Source: a virus
Virus record (IMG/VR): IMGVR_UViG_3300044625_000894
Coordinates: 6,641 to 70,640 of that record
Strand: one strand, 5' to 3'
Length of the DNA: 64,000 bases
The notes beneath the pieces were generated by a model that was not told the DNA's origin, did not search any database, and was given only the letters and a program-made list of their open reading frames with translations. Positions 57,833-64,000 of the stretch are shown here, piece after piece. Each line of letters starts with the position of its first letter. The first letter of the stretch is position 1. The position numbers and the translations under genes are program-made.

Positions 57833-59289
57833 TATCTTTTAACCTTTAAGTTTAATATCCTGCGATAGACATTTTCGTTTTCTATCGGTTTTGAAATATT
57901 TCTATTGTATAAATCTTCACTTCTAGTTGTTAAACCAAAGCCCTTTGGATACGGGTTATGTTTAAAATCTACAGCCCGTAACAAATATGCTAACGCGTCT
58001 ACAGAGTCATAATGCGATCCTTCCGGACATCGAGCAAACGTATCTTTATTTGTAATAGAAGCCCATTTAGCGTTTTTCAAATGACGAATTAACACTTTGC
58101 ATTTAGGATTAATGTAAAGTTTATTATTTTGAACCATTAAGCGTAAAAAATTAATCGCGGCGTGTTTATCGTTTTTGTTCGCTGGCTCAAAACGCACTTG
58201 ATAGTTAGTGGCTTTTAAAATTTCGTTAATTGCGATGAGATTGTGATCGGCTACTCGTTTTTTAGGTTTAATATATTCGTTTGTCATTGGTGCAGTGAAC
58301 AAACGATCTTCCATTTTTTTAATTTCCCAACCTAAAGTTTGAAGATGCATCTCCTGACCGTATGTAATCATCTCATCCATGATTACTACCTTGTCTTCTT
58401 TAAAGTCATAGTAACCAAATAAGATGACAGTCCAGTCTTTGTAACCTAAATCCATTGAAACGTATGAATTAAAGAACGGAGGCTTCTCCCAATTACGAAC
58501 TAATTCCTTTTCTTTTTCTTCCGTAAACTCAGGAATCACTGTTCTAGTGGAAGATTTGATAATTTTACAAAAAAGTTCTCGTTGTGTAGCTTCGCTGTTT
58601 GGTCCACCAAGCTCCATAATCAAATCATCTTTTTCTTTTTTATCAATACGAGGATTATCTTCGATGGTTTTAACGATTAATGAACCGCGAGCATCAGCTT
58701 CCTCAATAAAACGAATAAAATCATGCTCTGTGTCTTCTGGTGGGGTAGAAGCAAGCAAAATTTTACCTTTAGTAATAAGAGTGGTAGGCAAAAGAATGTC
58801 TTTAATACAATAAGATAGGTCAGTACAGCTTCCTGCCTCATCTACAATCGCTAAATCCGAGTCACCGCCTCGAAGACGCTCTGCACTTCCGCCATCCGTA
58901 CCAGAAAGTTGAATCTCTGAACCGTTTGGGAAGTAAAAAATGTTATCTTTTGCTCGATAATCAGGTTTTAGATCGTCAGGACAAGTCTCAAGAATCTTTC
59001 TCATGAGAGGACGAATGATTAAGTTAACTTGAACGCGAGTGGGAGCAAGGAATTTTACAATTGCTCCGGGTTTTTTCAGAGAAGTTTCGATTGCTAGGAC
59101 GCAAAGAGCATAAGACTTACCGGAACGACGAGCAAGAAGCCACGTTTGAACGCGATGCTTTGTGTTGTAAAACAACTCATACAATTCTTTTTGGTTTAAA
59201 TCGAGTAACCAAGATAGATTACCGCGTCTCCAAAGAGTTTCTCGGACTAATTTCGGATCAACCTTCGTTGATGCTGTCGCTTGTGCCAT
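57832..59289 (-). CDS. terL: terminase large subunit
   Basis: Walker A ARRSGKS, Walker B IVDEAG, ASTP coupling motif, nuclease SMDLG and HYDSVDALAY. Confidence 0.92.
   Translation of the reverse strand: MAQATASTKVDPKLVRETLWRRGNLSWLLDLNQKELYELFYNTKHRVQTWLLARRSGKSYALCVLAIETSLKKPGAIVKFLAPTRVQVNLIIRPLMRKILETCPDDLKPDYRAKDNIFYFPNGSEIQLSGTDGGSAERLRGGDSDLAIVDEAGSCTDLSYCIKDILLPTTLITKGKILLASTPPEDTEHDFIRFIEEADARGSLIVKTIEDNPRIDKKEKDDLIMELGGPNSEATQRELFCKIIKSSTRTVIPEFTEEKEKELVRNWEKPPFFNSYVSMDLGYKDWTVILFGYYDFKEDKVVIMDEMITYGQEMHLQTLGWEIKKMEDRLFTAPMTNEYIKPKKRVADHNLIAINEILKATNYQVRFEPANKNDKHAAINFLRLMVQNNKLYINPKCKVLIRHLKNAKWASITNKDTFARCPEGSHYDSVDALAYLLRAVDFKHNPYPKGFGLTTRSEDLYNRNISKPIENENVYRRILNLKVKR
57924..57933 (-). 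promoter_or_regulatory. TTAACAACTA motif inside terL (possible internal promoter for the portal)
   Basis: Exact copy 91 nt before the portal ATG. Confidence 0.45.
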
Positions 59290-59701
59290 CGTTATTTACC
59301 ACGAGTTTTAAAAGCTCATCATCACTAAGTTTTTGAACGCTTAGATCCGGAGTTTCTTGGTTATTTCTATGAATTTCAGTGAGAATTGTTGTGTAGATTT
59401 GGAATTTTTTTGCTTCTTCTAGCGTTAATTCGCGAGAAATTGAGCGATCTTTAAGAAGTACTAGCTGAGTTTCGCAAATTAATTGTTCGTTTGAAATTCC
59501 TAATGGTGCAATATTTGACACATTACCGACCGTTAAAGGTGCAATATGAGACACATTACTTTCAAGCATCTTTTTTAACGCTTTTATTTCTTCTTTTGCA
59601 TTCTCTAGCTGTTTTTTGAGTTCAACAATAGTTCTGAACTGTGTATCAGAATATTCCTGTAGCTCACTAAACGACTTTTCCATGTCATTTAAGTTCTTCA
59701 T
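59258..59701 (-). CDS. probable terminase small subunit
   Basis: Immediately upstream of and overlapping terL; C-terminal LSDDELLKL. Confidence 0.5.
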   Translation of the reverse strand: MKNLNDMEKSFSELQEYSDTQFRTIVELKKQLENAKEEIKALKKMLESNVSHIAPLTVGNVSNIAPLGISNEQLICETQLVLLKDRSISRELTLEEAKKFQIYTTILTEIHRNNQETPDLSVQKLSDDELLKLVVNNDGTSDSINEG

Positions 59702-59706
59702 GTACT

Positions 59707-59716
59707 TAGTTGTTAA
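59707..59716 (-). promoter_or_regulatory. TTAACAACTA motif (putative late promoter)
   Basis: 5 nt before ATG 59701, no SD. Confidence 0.65.
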
Positions 59717-59728
59717 GTTCTAGGAATA

Positions 59729-60847
59729 TTATTTTGTTTTAGTTTTACTTTTTGTGCGCTTAAAAACTTCTCTTATTTCTTTTTGTGGATCAAAATATGG
59801 TGAGGATTTAACGGGAACATCCGCGTTATTCTGATATTCTTCTTCAAAAACTGGAGCATCATACATTTCGATCGGAGTAGGAGAAGGAGATATAACATCA
59901 ACATCCGAATATGGAAATCTCGGCTCGGTAACTGGAGCATCATGCATTTCAATTGGAGTTGGGCTAGGACTTGGAGATGGTTTGACATCAGATTTAAACC
60001 ATTCCGGATGCGTCATTTTTGCAACAGCATAATGTAGGCCATATTCCCCGGATTCTTGCGGAAAGTGTTCCATGAACCCTAATTTTTTTAATGCAGTATT
60101 TAAATTTGCATTTTTTAAAATTTTATTTTTATCTTCTTCTGTAAATTTTTTTTCCGGAGTTTTTGTTTTGGATATTGCATGAATTAATTCGTGAGCCATT
60201 AATGCTGCAGATTTTTCCGGTCGTTCTTTGGTTAAATATGCTCTAGTAAATGGCCAAATTTTTTCTTTATCAATATATGTTTTATTTTTTTCAATTCGAG
60301 CTGGTATTTTATTTGTAATTGGTAATCCATGTGAAACAAAATCCATTTTACCTAAGTTTAATTCGCTTTGAGGAGAAACAATTTCTTCGTAACCAGTTCC
60401 TAATGGTGCCGTATCGTCTTTTGGTGCAGTAGCATATGTCACACCTTTTTGATATTGATCAGGAGATTGTATCCATACTTGATTATATTTTTCTTGTTCT
60501 TTTTCAGGAATGCCTAATGACGTTAAAACTTTAGGAACAACTTCTTTTATATCTTTAGGGTGCAATGCTCCTACTGATGCTTCTAATAAGTCATTATTTA
60601 ATAAATTAATAAGTTCTCCCGTGGTTAATTGAGGAAAATCTTTTTTCATTTGATTAAATTTTTTATCAATAAGAACTTTAAATTCTTTTTGAGATTCCGG
60701 TTCTTTTCCTAAAACATCTTTAAGAGTTTGTTTATCAAATTTTAAAGGTATGTCGGATTTAAGTTCTCCTCTTTCTGATGCAAAAAATTGTTTTGCTTCA
60801 GCTTCATCAGTACCTAATAATGATGCAAGTAAAGGAAGAATAGACAT
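59729..60847 (-). CDS. HExxH-containing hypothetical protein
   Basis: LMAHELIHA; C-terminal Pro-rich repeats. Confidence 0.6.
   Translation of the reverse strand: MSILPLLASLLGTDEAEAKQFFASERGELKSDIPLKFDKQTLKDVLGKEPESQKEFKVLIDKKFNQMKKDFPQLTTGELINLLNNDLLEASVGALHPKDIKEVVPKVLTSLGIPEKEQEKYNQVWIQSPDQYQKGVTYATAPKDDTAPLGTGYEEIVSPQSELNLGKMDFVSHGLPITNKIPARIEKNKTYIDKEKIWPFTRAYLTKERPEKSAALMAHELIHAISKTKTPEKKFTEEDKNKILKNANLNTALKKLGFMEHFPQESGEYGLHYAVAKMTHPEWFKSDVKPSPSPSPTPIEMHDAPVTEPRFPYSDVDVISPSPTPIEMYDAPVFEEEYQNNADVPVKSSPYFDPQKEIREVFKRTKSKTKTK
59849..59977 (-). repeat. 81-bp-period direct repeat encoding SPSPTPIEM(H/Y)DAPV
   Basis: aactggagcatcat(a/g)catttc at about 59849 and 59930. Confidence 0.75.
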
Positions 60848-60854
60848 AATAAAA

Positions 60855-61142
60855 TTAAATTACCTTTTTGAATCCTTGACCCATTTTAACTCCAACAATC
60901 GAAGTTTTTAATGCATCAATTTCAGTGGCCATTTTCATGATCACTTCGTTTTGTTTATCAACAATTTTTGTTACTTCTTGTAACTTAATATTTTTCTTGT
61001 GAGCAATAAATTCTTTTACTGCCATAAATGCAGTGAGGCCAATCGCAACACCACACTCCGGTAAATTAACGCCATTTACAATTAACTTTAAAATAAATAG
61101 CGAATACAATGCCATCGGTAACACTTTATAAATCTTATCCAT
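60855..61142 (-). CDS. two-TM plus coiled-coil membrane protein (holin candidate)
   Basis: Hydrophobic N-terminal half; AGGAG SD; near the endolysin. Confidence 0.5.
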   Translation of the reverse strand: MDKIYKVLPMALYSLFILKLIVNGVNLPECGVAIGLTAFMAVKEFIAHKKNIKLQEVTKIVDKQNEVIMKMATEIDALKTSIVGVKMGQGFKKVI

Positions 61143-61167
61143 GATTAATAATTACTCCTGTAATAAA

Positions 61168-61497
61168 TTATGCTTGCTGCGAATTAAGTAAATTTTTTAA
61201 TTTTTCAAATTGTTCTGGAGTTAATTGTGAACTCATATCAGAACTTGGTGCAGACATTGGAGAAGCTGCAGTAGGTGGCGCAACATTTGGTCCTTTATTT
61301 GGTTTAGGTAAAAACATACTAGGGTTTTCCATAATACCCATAATAGGCAATTTACCTTGTTGCAAAGAAGTTAATCCGGCTCTAGCACCCAATCCCAAAA
61401 GTGCTTCTAATGGAATTTTACCTTCTTCATCGCTACCAGCTCCGCCAATAGGACCAGCCCCTTGACCGAGTAAACCTGCTAATAAATTTGGACTCAT
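61168..61497 (-). CDS. low-complexity G/P-rich protein
   Basis: AAGGA SD; ends EQFEKLKNLLNSQQA. Confidence 0.6.
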   Translation of the reverse strand: MSPNLLAGLLGQGAGPIGGAGSDEEGKIPLEALLGLGARAGLTSLQQGKLPIMGIMENPSMFLPKPNKGPNVAPPTAASPMSAPSSDMSSQLTPEQFEKLKNLLNSQQA

Positions 61498-61521
61498 GTA
61501 TACATTTCCTTTTTAGTTTTT

Positions 61522-61613
61522 GGCGATAAAATAAACAGGGATTTCACCTCTTTATTATTTGCATCACGATAGTAATCGTTGCAGGTATAGTACCTACTGA
61601 TTATTCCATCGCC
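61522..61613 (-). ncRNA. candidate structured leader RNA (four-way junction)
   Basis: 13-bp closing stem with G-U pairs only on the - strand, enclosing three hairpins. Confidence 0.45.
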
Positions 61614-61620
61614 TCAAATA

Positions 61621-61630
61621 AAGTTGTTAA
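61621..61630 (-). promoter_or_regulatory. TTAACAACTT motif (putative late promoter)
   Basis: 1 nt after the upstream stop; precedes the structured leader. Confidence 0.65.
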
Positions 61631-61631
61631 A

Positions 61632-62090
61632 TTATCGAGGCATCAAAGTTCTTTTCAAATTACCAAAGCGACCTGTTCCTGCGCGCGGCGCTTTATTAGT
61701 AGGAGGAGGTACAGGTTGTGCGCTAATTTGTTCTACAGGTTCTTTAGGAGGATTCAATGGTTGAGGATTTTCTAATCCACGCACTTGCATATCTTTACCC
61801 ATACCATCTTTAAAAATTGCAGGCATCGGTTGTCGTCTACCAATCATACCGCCATCAGCACGCTCTACTGGTTGTGGTCTTTGTATGCCATACATTCTAT
61901 CCTGCAAGAAACTTTTAGGAGTCAGGATTTGATTAAGAGGTTGAGAAGCATTCATGTCTTCCGGCATCATTTGTTGTCCGGGATTTGCGAATGTATTCAT
62001 CTCCGGTGAAGACATATTAGGATTAGCATTTAAATCTTGATTTGGATTTAAATACGGATTCATTCTTTTTTTAAACATATCTCTAAGCAT
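61632..62090 (-). CDS. low-complexity P/M/Q/N-rich protein
   Basis: 152-aa ORF ending GRFGNLKRTLMPR. Confidence 0.6.
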   Translation of the reverse strand: MLRDMFKKRMNPYLNPNQDLNANPNMSSPEMNTFANPGQQMMPEDMNASQPLNQILTPKSFLQDRMYGIQRPQPVERADGGMIGRRQPMPAIFKDGMGKDMQVRGLENPQPLNPPKEPVEQISAQPVPPPTNKAPRAGTGRFGNLKRTLMPR

Positions 62091-62093
62091 TTA

Positions 62094-62528
62094 TTAGTAG
62101 CTCCATGTAACGTGCTGACCTTTTACTTTGGCTTTTCTTGTATCAAGGTGCAAAAATGTTTTAGCAATACCGATGTAATCGAAAAGTTTTTTCGCTTCAT
62201 CAAGCCAATCGGCAACCGCCAACGTACCGAATTTAATGTCAGCGGCGTTGCCTAACTCATGCTGACTTACCTTGGCAACGACCGTAGACACCCCACTATT
62301 TCGTATATCTTCCTGATGCTTACGACATCTAAATCCTGATGTAACCTTAGCAGGTGTATTCATTAACTTACGAAGAGTTGTTAATTTGTTAATGAGTTCC
62401 ACGCTAACTTTTTGCGTAATACAATCAGCATGCTCACACTGACAAGTAAACTCGTGTGTGGAGAAGTACTCATTAATCTTCACTCTATCACCTTTAGACC
62501 AAATATAATAATCTGTTTCAATTTTCAC
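62094..62528 (-). CDS. peptidase M15A endolysin
   Basis: FSTHEFTC, VTSGFRC..H, SQHELGNAADI, FLHLDTR. Confidence 0.88.
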   Translation of the reverse strand: MKIETDYYIWSKGDRVKINEYFSTHEFTCQCEHADCITQKVSVELINKLTTLRKLMNTPAKVTSGFRCRKHQEDIRNSGVSTVVAKVSQHELGNAADIKFGTLAVADWLDEAKKLFDYIGIAKTFLHLDTRKAKVKGQHVTWSY

Positions 62529-62736
62529 CGTGAGCCACCCATTGTTCTGCTTCGTGCATTATTTCTTTTTTGTATGTCTCCATTTGGCATTCGATCATAT
62601 CAATCTCACCAAAGTCTTTCGCTCCATGCCAAGCATCAACCAGTCTTTGTATTACTTTGTCACCCTTGTCATAAAGCATTACAAATTCACGAACTACATC
62701 TGTATTTAACGCGTTTCTATTCATCTGCCTTGTCAT
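62518..62736 (-). CDS. hypothetical protein
   Basis: GGAG SD; overlaps both neighbours. Confidence 0.6.
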   Translation of the reverse strand: MTRQMNRNALNTDVVREFVMLYDKGDKVIQRLVDAWHGAKDFGEIDMIECQMETYKKEIMHEAEQWVAHGEN

Positions 62737-62965
62737 ACTCCGCCTCTTTAACTACTCGATTTACTCTTCGACGTAATCTTTGATTTCGAGCTTTTCGCTC
62801 ACTATCACACGAAGGACAAAAACGCCCATTGAACTCCCTACCAGTCTCCTGATCTACCCATCTCTTATCTTTCTTATTTGGATAGTAACCAGCAAAGGTT
62901 CGTTTCTTTTCTTGCTTACAGTGACGACATTCAATGACGCTAAATTCTTCCGTGATCTTCTTCAT
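62717..62965 (-). CDS. Zn-finger protein
   Basis: CRHC...CPSC. Confidence 0.65.
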   Translation of the reverse strand: MKKITEEFSVIECRHCKQEKKRTFAGYYPNKKDKRWVDQETGREFNGRFCPSCDSERKARNQRLRRRVNRVVKEAEYDKADE

Positions 62966-62971
62966 ACATTA

Positions 62972-62981
62972 TAGTTGTTAG
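62972..62981 (-). promoter_or_regulatory. CTAACAACTA variant of the late motif
   Basis: 6 nt before ATG 62965, no SD. Confidence 0.55.
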
Positions 62982-63607
62982 CTTATTCCTATAATCAGCC
63001 ACACTATTTTACACATTCCTAGAATACTAAATACTTCTTCCCTTGACGGCGATATTCTCGATCACATTACCTTGTAAATCTATTTGAGAGCGGTGGAGTG
63101 TAAGCGTAAGCGAGAACGCAATCGCCGAAGACTGAGTTCAAAGAGAAGTAGATAAAGATGTAACAAGCGGGAGACTTGTTATATCCGTAGAGAGATGGTG
63201 AACGAAGTCGAGTGGTGAATCATTTATTCGGGTGTATACGAGGTTCGTTTAGATACACTACACCCGATTTACCGGAGACATATTTTAAAAAAAATATAAT
63301 CTCCTTATACGGAGTAGGAATTAGATTACTGATTAGATTTCATCTAAAACCTTGTGATCATATTTCAGATCATGTCATGCTCGGATTGATGGAGTGAGTG
63401 CTGTATCCCTCGTACTCCTGTCATTTCTCCACTTGGCTTTCCGCTCAGAACTTATACTAACTGGTTCGACTCTGAGTGTAGGTGCTTCGCAGCTATTGAA
63501 CACTTTCGTATTCTCAGTTAACCTACTTTACCCAACCTTGATACAATCTTATGTACGATTTTTCACGGTCCAAATGGGTCAATCTTAGAAGCTATTAACT
63601 TCAAGAC

Positions 63608-63617
63608 TAGTTGTTAA
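63608..63617 (-). promoter_or_regulatory. TTAACAACTA motif pointing into a non-coding region
   Basis: 1 nt after the stop of 63619..63996. Confidence 0.55.
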
Positions 63618-63618
63618 A

Positions 63619-63996
63619 TTAGAAGGAGTAGTCGGAGATTAATTTGTGAGTGAGTTCGTTATCTGCTACGACAATACGACTATGTGCATTAACTCTATCG
63701 TCAGGATAGTGGAGATTCATGAACTCTTTAGCTTCTTCCATCTTATCAAAAACACCAAGCACAGTTTTAGGCTTATTACCTACCACCATGTAAACCATAG
63801 CGTACAACCTCTTACCTAGCTGTACATACTTCATCCTAACCTTGGCATCTACAAACTGCGTAGCTGAGTACTCGGTGTATCCCTTAGCTAGTAGCTCATT
63901 CCTATAGTTCATGAGCTTAGTACGACGTATGAATCTATCATCACATATTTCTAGTATCTCTATCGTAACCTTACCAGCTAATACATCATTCTTCAT
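63619..63996 (-). CDS. hypothetical protein, possibly N-truncated by the window edge (weak GIY-YIG-like C-half)
   Basis: Frame open to the window end; KND...VTIEILE pattern. Confidence 0.5.
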   Translation of the reverse strand: MKNDVLAGKVTIEILEICDDRFIRRTKLMNYRNELLAKGYTEYSATQFVDAKVRMKYVQLGKRLYAMVYMVVGNKPKTVLGVFDKMEEAKEFMNLHYPDDRVNAHSRIVVADNELTHKLISDYSF

Positions 63997-64000
63997 CTGC

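Larger units (their letters stand above)
1..64000. mobile_element. Tailed dsDNA bacteriophage genome segment (podovirus-like, apparently lytic)
   Basis: Terminase, portal, scaffold, capsid, adaptor, nozzle and ejection genes on the - strand; replication genes on the + strand; no tape-measure or sheath gene, integrase or host housekeeping genes seen. Confidence 0.95.

Noticed and set aside
61522-61613. Hammerhead ribozyme or c-di-GMP-I riboswitch identity for the structured leader
   Set aside because: Only fragments (GAUGCAAA, GAAA) resemble the cores; the CUGAnGA core and required stem layout are absent
63458-63476. GGTTCGACTC tRNA T-loop-like sequence
   Set aside because: T-stem does not pair and no acceptor or anticodon arms can be formed
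63212-63588. Short + strand ORFs 63212..63397 and 63394..63588
   Set aside because: GTG starts, no convincing protein features, overlap the hairpin array
15905-63617. TTAACAACT motif as integron attC sites (RYYYAAC after stop codons)
   Set aside because: No paired GTTRRRY arm or attC hairpin; several copies lie only 5-7 nt from the next ATG; no integrase seen
4229-63617. Motif copies as CRISPR repeats
   Set aside because: Only 10 bp, dispersed at gene boundaries, no regular spacers or cas genes
1-64000. Stop-codon reassignment
   Set aside because: Standard-code ORFs are long and tile the window densely

Overview
AT-rich tailed dsDNA bacteriophage (podovirus-like Caudoviricetes), probably most of a genome. 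1-10.7 kb (+ strand) is a recombination/replication module: Erf annealing protein, AEP primase-SF4 helicase fusion, family B DNA polymerase, DnaQ-like exonuclease, HNH protein. 10.7-64 kb (- strand) is the late module: M15A endolysin, TerS/TerL, portal, about 19 kb of fibre/adhesin genes, scaffold, major capsid protein, adaptor, a 2222-aa nozzle and ejection proteins with a lytic transglycosylase. I saw no integrase, RNA polymerase, tRNA or CRISPR array. Beyond gene content, three signals stand out. (1) A 10-bp motif TTAACAACT(A/T) occurs in 16 exact copies plus one variant found by eye, almost all intergenic and co-oriented with the next gene; it is probably a phage late promoter, partly driving leaderless mRNAs. 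(2) A short F-x-[KNR]-L-K-x-x-[LV]-like peptide is shared by the termini of about six otherwise unrelated late proteins, a candidate capsid-cargo targeting signal. (3) Several leaders downstream of the motif are structured: a pseudoknot, a four-way junction, shared scaffold/capsid hairpins and a 600-nt hairpin-dense gap. Product calls come from motif recognition only; no searches were run. A Bdellovibrionota host is a tentative inference.
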